From NCBI GenBank assembly GCA_963665145.1, contig OY762064.1, positions 2,307,154 to 2,371,153 of the forward strand: a DNA stretch of 64,000 bases, written 5' to 3'. Below the pieces are notes generated by a model. It made no database searches and was not told the origin of the DNA. It was given only the letters and a program-made list of their open reading frames with translations. Each line of letters begins with the position of its first letter. Position 1 is the stretch's first letter. Both the position numbers and the translations under genes were made by a program. Below are positions 19,559 to 28,652 of the stretch, piece by piece. This DNA is from Gammaproteobacteria bacterium. GTDB taxonomy: Bacteria; Pseudomonadota; Gammaproteobacteria; Steroidobacterales; Foliamicaceae.

Positions 19559-20245
19559 ATGAAATATGCCGCACCCTTTCTTCTGGCGTTCTTCTTCAGT
19601 CTCCCGGCCTTTGCTGAGTGCGTCGACGGTGATTGCACCAATGGCCAGGGCAGCATGAAATATGAGGACGGCTCCCGGTACATCGGCCAGTGGAAAGACG
19701 GAAAGCGCCATGGCAATGGAACATTGAAGCTCGCAAACGGTGGTGAATTCGTTGGCAATTGGCAAAACGATGAAGGCAAGGGGCACGCTGTATACACCTT
19801 CGTGAACCGTGCCAAGTACGCGATCGAGTGGACCGGTGATGAACCTCAGACCAATGGCCCCTGGGCATGGTCGAACGGAGGCAAATACGTTGGATTGCAT
19901 GACGATCGCGAGCATGGGCACGGCACCGTCATGTACAACGACGGCGGCACTTATGTCGGCGGTTACAACCACGGCGACAAACAGGGCAAGGGCACGTTTG
20001 TTTATCCCAGCGGCGGGATCTACTTCGGCGATTGGTTCGAAGGCAAACCCGGCGGCCTGGGCCGTTTCATCCTGCCCGACGGCGGTGTGTTTTACGGAGA
20101 ATGGAAAGACGGCATGCCCAATGGCCAGGGACGGCTGACCAATCCGGATACGTCCACAAAAGAAGGACTCTGGGAAAATGGCCAGTTCGTTGACGGTGAT
20201 TCATCACCGCGCAAATCCTCGGGTGATGCGAGCAGAAGGAACTGA
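19559..20245 (+). CDS. secreted MORN-repeat protein
   Basis: Signal peptide MKYAAPFLLAFFFSLPAFA. Repeated YxGxWxxGKxHGxG units (YIGQWKDGKRHGNG, YVGGYNHGDKQGKG, YFGDWFEGKPGGLG, FYGEWKDGMPNGQG). Confidence 0.8.
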   Translation: MKYAAPFLLAFFFSLPAFAECVDGDCTNGQGSMKYEDGSRYIGQWKDGKRHGNGTLKLANGGEFVGNWQNDEGKGHAVYTFVNRAKYAIEWTGDEPQTNGPWAWSNGGKYVGLHDDREHGHGTVMYNDGGTYVGGYNHGDKQGKGTFVYPSGGIYFGDWFEGKPGGLGRFILPDGGVFYGEWKDGMPNGQGRLTNPDTSTKEGLWENGQFVDGDSSPRKSSGDASRRN

Positions 20246-20818
20246 CTACGCTGTCGGCCAGGCTTGGTCCCGCCGAAAGTCAATTACTCCATGACTTCTC
20301 ACAATGTTCTTGCTTATTTCCGTGTCCTGTTCACAGAAGACGATCAGGTTCATCGAACCCGTGTGTCGTGCGCTGGGCACCAGTATTCCGTCAGCGCCCA
20401 GGAAGGCGCTCGCTTCGGCCACTTGCTGAGACCGTGTGTACTCTCCGTATCGCTTCACATAGGTCAGGCGCCCAATGGATGCAGCATCCAGACTCACGGC
20501 GGCTAAAGCCCCTACGTCGGGGAAACGAATCACTGCGCTTAGAGAGACACTCAGTTCGAACAGCTCGTAATTGATGTCGATAGGCGGAATCGGCTGCCCC
20601 TGGTAGAGGTGATATCGTCGTTCCGCAATCGCCGCCTCGCGGGTTTCTGACGTGTACAGGACGTCAAACGTCCCATCGTCCCATCGTCCTCCGGAGCGCG
20701 AGCAAATGAGTGGATCGCGGCCCTCTTTGACGGAACGCCAAACGATTCCCTCGTAGGACTCCTGGGCAACAGACTCCAGGGCGTCCAGCAATCGTTGGTC
20801 GCGAATCTGCGGATCCAT
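20246..20818 (-). CDS. RES-domain toxin (MbcT/ParT-like)
   Basis: RES-domain contexts GGRWDDGTFDVLYTSETREAAIAE and ILVPSARH. Sits immediately downstream of the cognate-type antitoxin. Confidence 0.85.
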   Translation of the reverse strand: MDPQIRDQRLLDALESVAQESYEGIVWRSVKEGRDPLICSRSGGRWDDGTFDVLYTSETREAAIAERRYHLYQGQPIPPIDINYELFELSVSLSAVIRFPDVGALAAVSLDAASIGRLTYVKRYGEYTRSQQVAEASAFLGADGILVPSARHTGSMNLIVFCEQDTEISKNIVRSHGVIDFRRDQAWPTA

Positions 20819-20844
20819 ACGTAGGTTGTCGGCTCGAAGGCGCG

Positions 20845-21195
20845 TCAGATATAAGCGTCTGCGTCAAGACGATCCAGAATCGCAATGACTTCTTCTGTTT
20901 GTTTGTTTCTTATGAGATCTATTGCGCGCTTGCCCTCGAGCTGGGGATGCGGTGCGTAAAGCCACGCGCGGACTTGCTCCTGGCGGTAGTACTCGCCAAG
21001 CCGCATGACTACGTATGCCAGGTCGGAAATAATGAGTTGCGTCAGTGGGCGAGGCGATTTGTGGCCATTCACCCAGCGGGAAACCGTGGCCTTGGAGACC
21101 CCGGTGAAGTTCGCGATATCGGTTCCCTTGAGTCCGCCCGTTTCCTTCATCTGGTCGAGGAATAGATTGACCGGCCTCGTGTATGCGGTGTTCAC
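20845..21195 (-). CDS. Xre-family antitoxin with DUF2384 (MbcA/ParS-like) C-terminal domain
   Basis: HTH segment GTDIANFTGVSKATVSRWVNG. C-terminal WLYAPHPQLEGKRAIDLIRNKQTEEVIAILDRLDA is typical of RES-system antitoxins. Confidence 0.85.
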   Translation of the reverse strand: MNTAYTRPVNLFLDQMKETGGLKGTDIANFTGVSKATVSRWVNGHKSPRPLTQLIISDLAYVVMRLGEYYRQEQVRAWLYAPHPQLEGKRAIDLIRNKQTEEVIAILDRLDADAYI

Positions 21196-21511
21196 GATGA
21201 ACGCCCTTTGATCGTTGCTGTCATTGCGTTGCCCTAAAGGTTACACACAGAGTATCAAGTGAAACTGTTATGTCAACAATATGTGATTGTCTCACCGAAC
21301 GCTTCAGCTGAAGGGTCATTCTCGCGCACCACTTCAAAGTCCAGGTTCGGCGTGCGATCCGATACGGACGAGCCGGAGCGTGTGTGCGTCCGGCTTCTGG
21401 CAGATGTTTCCGCGCTTCTATGGGCAATCCCAACATCAGTGTTCCTTTGCGCAAGCTAGAATTGTGTGTCGATCACCATTTTTGATTGTTTTGAGACCCG
21501 TCCCGCCTCCC

Positions 21512-22570
21512 ATGAAAAATTCCGCAAGGATCACAAGTACTGCAATCCGCCCACTGCCGGCCATGTTGCTCGTGCTTGCAGCCGCAAGTCCTGTCAGCTT
21601 CGTGTTCGGACAGGATATGGAACGCAGCTTCACTGTCGCGGAAGGAGAGTGGGTAGTTCTGGATGTCGAGCGCGCGCACATTTCAGTAAGTACCTGGGAT
21701 CGTACCGAGGTCGCCTTTTCGGCAAAGAGGGCTGAACATCTCACATTCGAGCTGAGCCAGGAGGATGGAGCCATAACCATCCATGGCAGCGACGAGTTCA
21801 GTGAGGGAAATGGAGATGTATCCGTCAGCGGTCTCCGAGCAGGTGGAATTGTGATTATCAATGGCCGGGTCGTTACTCCCGACAATTACTCCGACAAATG
21901 GGTGAAGACGCCGCCGGCTCAAATCGTCCTGAACGTGCCCTACCGTCAAAACCTGAACTTGCGCACAAGCGGAGGCAATATCAGGATTGATCGGCTACAG
22001 GGACAATTCAATGCGCGCGCGTCCGGCGGCGACATTGAAGCTGACGATGTTGACGGTTCGGTCGAAGTGCGGACTGCCGGCGGCGGGATTCGTCTGCAGC
22101 ATGCCAGCGGTTCCGTTGATGCAACAACGTCCGGGGGCTCGATCCAGCTCGGCAACGTATCCGGAGAGATCAAGTCGAGAACATCCGGTGGCAGCATACG
22201 CATTGGCGAGGCGCACGGCACACTGGAAGCTCGAGCTTCGGGCGGTTCCATTGCGGTAGGCAGCGCTAGCGGTGCAGTACATGCCAGCACCGCGGGCGGC
22301 TCGGTCGAAGTGCGCATGGCTGACCAGCCGAAATTGGATAGCGAACTGCGCGCCACTGGTGGCAACGTTACGGTCTATCTGCGCGATGATCTCCAGCTTG
22401 ATCTGTCAGCGAACAGCACCGGCGGCAGGATCAGGTCTGATTTTCCCGATCTCGCGCCCGAAAACACTGCCGGACGTGCAAGGGTCGAGAAACCTCTGAA
22501 CGGAGGCGGACCTGATTTGGTTGTGCGAACCACCGGGGGGTCGATTCGAATTCGACGCTTGGACGACTAG
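21512..22570 (+). CDS. secreted DUF4097-like beta-strand repeat protein (putative adhesin fold)
   Basis: Start at MKNSARITSTAIRPLPAMLLVLAAASPVSFVFG. About ten repeats of the TSGGSIxx/ASGGxI unit (SGGNIRI, SGGDIEA, AGGGIRL, SGGSIQL, SGGSIRI, SGGSIAV, AGGSVEV, TGGNVTV, TGGRIRS, TGGSIRI). Confidence 0.7.
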   Translation: MKNSARITSTAIRPLPAMLLVLAAASPVSFVFGQDMERSFTVAEGEWVVLDVERAHISVSTWDRTEVAFSAKRAEHLTFELSQEDGAITIHGSDEFSEGNGDVSVSGLRAGGIVIINGRVVTPDNYSDKWVKTPPAQIVLNVPYRQNLNLRTSGGNIRIDRLQGQFNARASGGDIEADDVDGSVEVRTAGGGIRLQHASGSVDATTSGGSIQLGNVSGEIKSRTSGGSIRIGEAHGTLEARASGGSIAVGSASGAVHASTAGGSVEVRMADQPKLDSELRATGGNVTVYLRDDLQLDLSANSTGGRIRSDFPDLAPENTAGRARVEKPLNGGGPDLVVRTTGGSIRIRRLDD

Positions 22571-22714
22571 AAGCAGCAAGAGAATCCGAGTCCAAACGTT
22601 TGGACGCGACCCGCTACTCCAATTTATGGGATTGCCGGCTCAGAAAACGTCAGACTGCCGACAGCAGCGCAGTCCTGGCGAGAATTGAGAGTGAAAAACA
22701 TAGATGAGCGCAAC

Positions 22715-23338
22715 ATGAAAACACCCAGATTGAAGGAGTTCAGAATTGATGCATCTACGCGGCTGCGCGAATTGACCGGCGAGGATGCCGGCTCCCTTTA
22801 TGCGCTGGTCAATAGCAATCGGAAATACCTGAGGCAGTGGCTACCCTGGGTCGACATGCAGCAAGGGCCACATGATTCCGGGCAGTTCATCGAAGGCGCA
22901 AGAAAGGACAATCAGGCGGGAGTTGCTTTGATTCTGGGTATTGAGCACCAGGGCGATATCGCAGGAACAATCGGATTCCATGAATTCGACGATGACAACC
23001 GTCAAGCTTCAGTTTCATACTGGATTTCTTCCTCCCATCAGGGGAAGGGAATCGTCTCGAGCAGCTGCGAGAGGTTGATTGAATACGCATTCACGGATCT
23101 CAGGCTGAACCGAGTGGAAATGAAAATCGCTGAAGACAATATTCGAAGCCGACGAGTGGCAGAACGCAATGGACTCGTCTACGAGGGAACTTGCAGGCAG
23201 TCAGAATGGTTATACGACCACTTCGTGAATCTGGTCATTTACGCAACGGTGGTGGATGAGTGGTTTACTGACCGAGGACAGGCTCGGAATTCTGGTGGAT
23301 GCGGCGAACGAGGCGCTGGCGAAGATTCGGGCAAATGA
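22715..23338 (+). CDS. GNAT family N-acetyltransferase (RimJ/RimL-like)
   Basis: RLRELTGEDAGSLYALVNSN, SYWISSSHQGKGIVSSSCERLIEYAF (acetyl-CoA Q/RxxGxG/A region), RSRRVAERNGLVYEG. The start among 22685/22691/22715 is uncertain. Confidence 0.8.
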   Translation: MKTPRLKEFRIDASTRLRELTGEDAGSLYALVNSNRKYLRQWLPWVDMQQGPHDSGQFIEGARKDNQAGVALILGIEHQGDIAGTIGFHEFDDDNRQASVSYWISSSHQGKGIVSSSCERLIEYAFTDLRLNRVEMKIAEDNIRSRRVAERNGLVYEGTCRQSEWLYDHFVNLVIYATVVDEWFTDRGQARNSGGCGERGAGEDSGK

Positions 23339-23419
23339 TTAACGGAAGTGAAGATGCCAATTAAGGTTTCGGCTACTTGCAAGCCCACTCCTTTGCTACG
23401 TTAACCGAGATAAGACTCG

Positions 23420-24268
23420 ATGAAGATCATCTCTTGGAACATGCAGCAAAAGCACGTCTCGTGGCGTCACCTTCTGCAAATGGATATCGACCTCGCGCTT
23501 CTCCAAGAGGCCGGCAAGCCGCCTCAAGATGTTGCAGAGCGAATCCAGGCCGACCCTGCAATCGAGATCAATTCGGCACCATGGCAGACCAGGACCGTTG
23601 GCGGCACAACCTCCTACAGAACTGCAATAGCCAAACTCTCTGACCGCATCGAAGTCGAGTGGATCGAAACGAGACCGATAGAGAAGGCTAACTCCGGAGA
23701 TTTAGTCGTCAGTTGGCCCGGTACGCTTACTGCGGCGATCGTTCATCCGGCTTCAGGCGCCCCTGTACTGGCTGTCTCGATGTATGCGCAGTGGCTTAGC
23801 ACGCATGCTTTGTCAGCAAGGAACCTCATATTTTCGGATAGCTCCGCTCACCGCGCTATTTCCGACTTGTCCGTTTTCATTGCGAAGGAGGATGGGCATC
23901 GCGTTCTGGCCGCCGGCGATCTGAATATCCTGCGCGGTTACGGCGAACATGGCAACGCCTACTGGGCCGCCCGCTACAACACTGTGTTTGATCGGATGGA
24001 GGCTTTGGGGCTGCCTTGCATCGGTCCGGAATATCCGAACGGCCGCCAGGCCGATCCGTGGCCGGACGAATTGCCGCGGGACAGTCGAAACGTTCCCACA
24101 TTTCATTCCAACCGCCAATCGCCGGCAACCGCTGCACGCCAATTGGACTACGTCTTTGCCTCAAAGGGACTCGCTGACTCGCTTGAAGTGCGCGCCCTCA
24201 ACAGGCCAGAGGAGTGGGGGCCAAGCGATCACTGTCGGATCGAGATTGAGCTTGCAGAAGGCAATTGA
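23420..24268 (+). CDS. endonuclease/exonuclease/phosphatase (EEP) family protein
   Basis: EEP catalytic contexts IISWNMQ, LALLQEAG, AAGDLNIL, GPSDHCRIEIEL. Confidence 0.75.
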   Translation: MKIISWNMQQKHVSWRHLLQMDIDLALLQEAGKPPQDVAERIQADPAIEINSAPWQTRTVGGTTSYRTAIAKLSDRIEVEWIETRPIEKANSGDLVVSWPGTLTAAIVHPASGAPVLAVSMYAQWLSTHALSARNLIFSDSSAHRAISDLSVFIAKEDGHRVLAAGDLNILRGYGEHGNAYWAARYNTVFDRMEALGLPCIGPEYPNGRQADPWPDELPRDSRNVPTFHSNRQSPATAARQLDYVFASKGLADSLEVRALNRPEEWGPSDHCRIEIELAEGN

Positions 24269-24374
24269 GTTGATGGAGATCCATGAGGTTGCCGACAATC
24301 AATTGGCAGAGCTTGAGCGCCCGTTGCGTCGTCGTCGCCTGATGTAACATTTGCGGCCATGGAGGATCACACTC

Positions 24375-24674
24375 ATGAATGAACTTTTGCTCGGCATGCT
24401 GGGCGTGTTGCTTGGCTGCAGCTTCGGTCTTGCAGGCATCTTCCTCGGCGTGCGTTACAGCAAGGTCAATTCGTTTGGCCCGCTGTCCAAGCGTCTTTAT
24501 CTGGGCATCGCCTCGGGCGTGATGTTCGGTGTCGTGTTTCCGGCATTCACGCTCAGCATCGCGTTCCCTGATGCGTCCTGGGTATCCACAAGGCGGTGGA
24601 TCGCGCTGCTTGCCCTTGCCTTGGTATTCCTGATGCCGATTGGCTTCCGCTGGTGGGCATCCAGGAAAAGCTGA
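24375..24674 (+). CDS. small three-TM membrane protein, hypothetical
   Basis: GGAGGA 8 nt upstream of ATG 24375. Three hydrophobic segments. No family recognised. Confidence 0.45.
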   Translation: MNELLLGMLGVLLGCSFGLAGIFLGVRYSKVNSFGPLSKRLYLGIASGVMFGVVFPAFTLSIAFPDASWVSTRRWIALLALALVFLMPIGFRWWASRKS

Positions 24675-24697
24675 CTCAGGCGGAAAGAACCCCCCAG

Positions 24698-25301
24698 CTA
24701 CCTGCTCAGCAGAATCCGCACGCCCAAGGCGCCGAGCACGGCCGCACCCACGCGGTCAATATGGATTTTCGCCCGCATGTAACGCTTCGCGACGGCTTGC
24801 GTGCTCATGCCGAAGGCGAGCGCCGTTTAGAAAGCGATTTCCACCAGGAAGTGGTTGGCGACGATGACGATGCTGTCGGCCAGGGCTGGTCCCGCCGGGT
24901 AAACGGTGACCAGAACGGCGGCGCCGAACAGCACGGATTTCGGATTGAGGAGATTCACCAGAAACCCCTGCCGGAATGCGCGCCCGGTCGGCCTGATCAC
25001 GGCCCTGGCAGGGACGCCGGCACTCCTCCACATCCTGTACGCGATGTACAAGAGATAAACAGCCCCTGCGGCCCTGGCGCCGACATACAAGAAAGGGAAC
25101 AGCTCGAAGACCACGCCGAAACCGAGCAGCGCCATCATCGTCCAGATCGCGGCCATCAGACCGAGTCCAGCACCAACCGCGATTCCGGCAGCGCGTCCCG
25201 CGCTCAACGACGTTTGAGGCGCCATCAGCATCTGCCGGTCCGGGGCTCGCAATAGCGGCTATCAGGACAATGTTGAAGGTTGCGAGTTGGGCCCAAGTCA
25301 T
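24698..25301 (-). pseudogene. LysE/RhtB-family amino-acid exporter gene with one frameshift and one in-frame TAA
   Basis: N-terminus MTWAQLATFNIVLIAAIASPGP is in one frame. The body (SLSAGRAAGIAVGAGLG...LNPKSVLFGAAVL...HFLVEIAF) is in another, with the shift at about 25230-25240. TAA at 24827-24829 is followed in frame by TALAFGMSTQAVAKRYMRAKIHIDRVGAAVLGALGVRILLSR and a stop at 24698. Confidence 0.7.
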
Positions 25302-25308
25302 GCTGGAC

Positions 25309-27417
25309 CTACTTGACTTTCGCTTCGTCGAATGGGACTTGAAAGACCAGCGGTCGCTCAGACCTTATCCATTTCCCAAAAGCCACTGCGTGGAGTCTAG
25401 GTAGATTTGGTATCAGTTCTATATGCTCTGGGCCATAAATATTTTTCAGGAAGCCCAGGCTCGTATCGTCATAGCACGAAAAAGTGACTATGGTGTTGCA
25501 TTGCGTAAGAACAGTCTTGCTGACTGTCGCAGTTCTTTGAGCGAGGACAAGAAGGCCTACTCCATACTTCCGACCCTGGAGGGCAATTTGCGCTATCTTT
25601 CCTACAAGGCCTCTTGATTCAAAGTCACCTAAGCCCATCGTACTAGCCTCAGGCATAACCGTATGCGCCTCTTCCACGACAATCAGTGTCGGTGGGCTAC
25701 TTCCCAGCCTTTCCCTAGCGTAACGAAGCAAACACGTCATGTAGAGCTCCGTAATCCATAGTGTAGCCCTTGTGTTTGATATCTCCTCCAGTTGAATTAG
25801 CCCTACTTTCGCCTCACAAGCTGCATCCATAAACTCTGAGATCGAATCATTGACGTTTTGGCGCACACGTTCCGCAAACTCTTCGAGTGCTCTCTTTTCC
25901 GCTCCCGCTCCATACGCGCCTGTTTCTACCTCAAACAGTTTCTGTCCTAATTCGTGTGCCGTTTCTTCTTCGATTGAAAGATCTTGAGGATTAAGATCGC
26001 TGAGTCGCCCAGCGTAATGAGATGTTAGGTCGATACAAACCACTTTAAGCCCCTGCTTCACGGAGTGACGAATCAAGTCAAATGCGAGTTCAGTCTTTCC
26101 CGATCCGGTAACGCCAAGAATCGCCGTGTGGTGGTTGTAATCAGTTGAAAAAGAGCCTCCGACCTCAATCCCTGTCCTTGGTATCGTCCCCAGCACGAAA
26201 TCATTTTCAGTGACAGCAGTTGTTGAGATCTGGTCTTCATCGCGTGCGGAAAACACCGGCGAATTCATCGCAGGCAGCCAATCAACCTTTGTAAAGCCTT
26301 GTTCATGCACCAATTTTCCCAGCTGCGTGGCCGTTGCGACTTGAAAGCCATGCTTGTCAGTTGAAAAAGTCTCTTCCTTGGTCTCCCCGGATACAACTTG
26401 GTAGTGAACTTTTTCTCCAGTCACGTTTGCCCATACCAACATGCCATCATGGCAGGTGGCGCTATCGAGTGTCTCAAATCGTATTGATCCAATCGTAGAG
26501 CCCTCGACGACAAACCCTCGCAGGACCGCCCCTTCACCACCTTCGAGTGCGGCGCTTATTTCCTCAGGACTCGGAATGTCCGTGGTTTTGTCAGGATCTA
26601 TTACACAATTCCTTCTTGCGGTGAGTACTTCCGCTTCCAATTCAGTCAATAGTCCTGTCGCCAGAAGTCTGCCTTCCTGAAACTGAGAGAACAGAGGCTG
26701 AACCCAATGCGCTCGTCCATTCGGAAGAAGAGCCACTTGCGGGCATGAGTGCTCCCATACCGCCTCGCCATGCAGGGCAACTCGCAGTATGTTCGGGCTG
26801 TCTACCCTTACAATTTCGCCTATAGTTCCCGCCTCCGGTTCTGTTCTGGAGAACCATGCTGTTAACAGCTCTGGCACCCTTAGCGGCCAAATTGCAAGAA
26901 ACAATCCCCAAAAGACAATTAGAGCCAAAGTAATGGGGTCTTGCGTGTCATAGAAAAACCAAAGGGCAGAGAGAAATACCACCGAAAACAGTGTCCTTGA
27001 TCTTCCAAGAACAACTGATGGTCTATACGTAAACTTGGCCACTCTTGCTCGCCAGCCGTCGATGCTAGGGGAAGAGCTAACAGATACACAGGCTATGCTC
27101 AGTACAAGAACGACCGCGCAGAAGCCGGCAATTACATTCCATGGAACAACGGGGGCAATTCCTCGCACTGTTAGCAAAGTTATGAGTCCCATCAGCGAGT
27201 TGACGACAGAATCCGCTGGCTTGGTGTAGTGCTTCTCTAGCAGTGCTGACCCAAGCACTATTAACAACAAAGCGTTCTGAAAGAGGACCGCTTCCTTTGC
27301 ATCTGTTGGCAAATACGATCCCGTGTAAGCTTTTGCAATTAGACCGCACGTAGCGGTGGCAAACACAAGAATCAGTATGCGAACCCATGGCGCTACTGCA
27401 TTTTTCATTCTAGACAT
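25309..27417 (-). CDS. membrane-anchored HerA/FtsK-superfamily (DUF87-like) ATPase
   Basis: N-terminal ~190 aa with about six hydrophobic helices. Central beta-barrel-like region (GFVVEGSTIGSIRFE...VHYQVVSGE). Walker A ILGVTGSGKTELAFDL, Walker B TLIVVEEAHTVMPE, then LQGRKYGVGLLVLAQRTATVSKTVLTQCNTIVTF. Confidence 0.8.
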   Translation of the reverse strand: MSRMKNAVAPWVRILILVFATATCGLIAKAYTGSYLPTDAKEAVLFQNALLLIVLGSALLEKHYTKPADSVVNSLMGLITLLTVRGIAPVVPWNVIAGFCAVVLVLSIACVSVSSSPSIDGWRARVAKFTYRPSVVLGRSRTLFSVVFLSALWFFYDTQDPITLALIVFWGLFLAIWPLRVPELLTAWFSRTEPEAGTIGEIVRVDSPNILRVALHGEAVWEHSCPQVALLPNGRAHWVQPLFSQFQEGRLLATGLLTELEAEVLTARRNCVIDPDKTTDIPSPEEISAALEGGEGAVLRGFVVEGSTIGSIRFETLDSATCHDGMLVWANVTGEKVHYQVVSGETKEETFSTDKHGFQVATATQLGKLVHEQGFTKVDWLPAMNSPVFSARDEDQISTTAVTENDFVLGTIPRTGIEVGGSFSTDYNHHTAILGVTGSGKTELAFDLIRHSVKQGLKVVCIDLTSHYAGRLSDLNPQDLSIEEETAHELGQKLFEVETGAYGAGAEKRALEEFAERVRQNVNDSISEFMDAACEAKVGLIQLEEISNTRATLWITELYMTCLLRYARERLGSSPPTLIVVEEAHTVMPEASTMGLGDFESRGLVGKIAQIALQGRKYGVGLLVLAQRTATVSKTVLTQCNTIVTFSCYDDTSLGFLKNIYGPEHIELIPNLPRLHAVAFGKWIRSERPLVFQVPFDEAKVK

Positions 27418-27576
27418 CCCCGGCTAGTTTCTAGTCTCCAGTTGGCTAGCGGTCACCACATATGGCACCGTAGTAGAAGTTGCTTGCGGAACTATAGTAC
27501 CCACTAGATTGAAGGGACTTTTTGCACACAGTTGAGCTGTTGCAGCCCCAGAGTATTCCAACTGGCATAGGTGTAA

Positions 27577-28605
27577 ATGGGTAATCTCCAATGGTGTCAC
27601 CAAATGAGCAATACAGGCAAATGCAAGCTTTGTAAACGGAATGGGCCACTCCAAATGAGCCATGTCATTCCGCGGTTTGTCAGGAAACAAACTAGAGCGA
27701 CTAGCGCTGTGGAGAACCCTAGGTACTACACAGTAGAGGGAGGTGAGTTCCAGAAGTTGGAGCAAGATTTCTCAAAGAGAGCTTGGCTTTGTCAACAATG
27801 CTAACAACTGCTCTCGCGTAGCGAGAAGAGGTTTTCGGAAGATGTCTACCAAGGCTTTTGGGCAGGCCGGGCCGGAAGCGCCGCGATCCATGGAGAGCAT
27901 GTTCATAGATTCCTGGTATTAACGACTTGGCGTGCGTGGCACTGGTACGACCAGCACCCCAAAAAGCCCTTTAGTAGGGTTTCAAATCAGGATCGCCTCA
28001 AGGAAGCTGAGCAAGCATGGAGAAACTATCTCCTTGGTGAGCGCGCCGATGTTGGAGAGTTCAAGCAACATATGCTGGCGCAAAGCAGGCAGATAGCTAG
28101 CGCTGGTGGATATTCAGTCACATTGGATGGCTACTACTGGGTTCGCGGTGTCAACTTGGATATGTTGAGTCGTGGGGAATCAACGGAAGAGATTCTCATG
28201 GTCTATACAAAGATCCCCAAGATCGCGATTTTTGGCGTAGTGGAGCGTGAGAAGATAGGTTTTTGGCGCGGCACACTCGTAGAACCACGTATGGGAGACA
28301 CATGGACAAGCCGAGATCCGATAGTTCCGGACCCGATTCTTCAATACATGAGTTATCAGAGCCATAAAATGCTCGCGAGTTTAGACACCGTTCCCGAGGA
28401 AGTTAAGAGAAAGACTAGGCAGAAGATGGAATCCCTCATCCAGAAGGAAGGCGACGAATACTTAGAGAGGGACGCAGTGCAATCCTTGGTGACAGACGAC
28501 CTGATGGAATTACCAGGAGAAAGCATCGTATCCGATGCAATTGGCTGGTTAGCAAAGTCCTTGGATCCGCGAGCCCAGAAAATGGGGAGCTACTCGGCAA
28601 CCTAA
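27577..28605 (+). pseudogene. Cys4 (zinc-ribbon-like) protein gene of unknown function interrupted by a single in-frame TAA at 27802-27804
   Basis: ORFs 27577-27804 and 28072-28605 are in the same frame. I translated 27805-28071 codon by codon and found no further stop (QLLSRSEKRFSEDVYQGFWAGR...EFKQHM). CKLC...SHVIPRFV...CQQC lies at the N-terminus. Confidence 0.6.
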
Positions 28606-28652
28606 CAGAACCGGAATTGAGATCCCTTCACAAGGAAACGAACAGGATTGGA

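Noticed and set aside
22590-22605. Perfect 16-nt palindrome GTCCAAACGTTTGGAC 20 nt after the DUF4097 gene stop, considered as a rho-independent terminator.
   Set aside because: The stem is short and AT-containing, and it is followed by GCGACCCGC rather than a T-tract. It could equally be a protein-binding palindrome. The support is insufficient to annotate.
27802-27804. Considered programmed recoding (selenocysteine, pyrrolysine or readthrough) for the in-frame stop in the Cys4 gene.
   Set aside because: The codon is TAA, not TGA or TAG, and I saw no obvious downstream hairpin of SECIS or PYLIS type. A nonsense mutation or a sequencing error is the simpler explanation.
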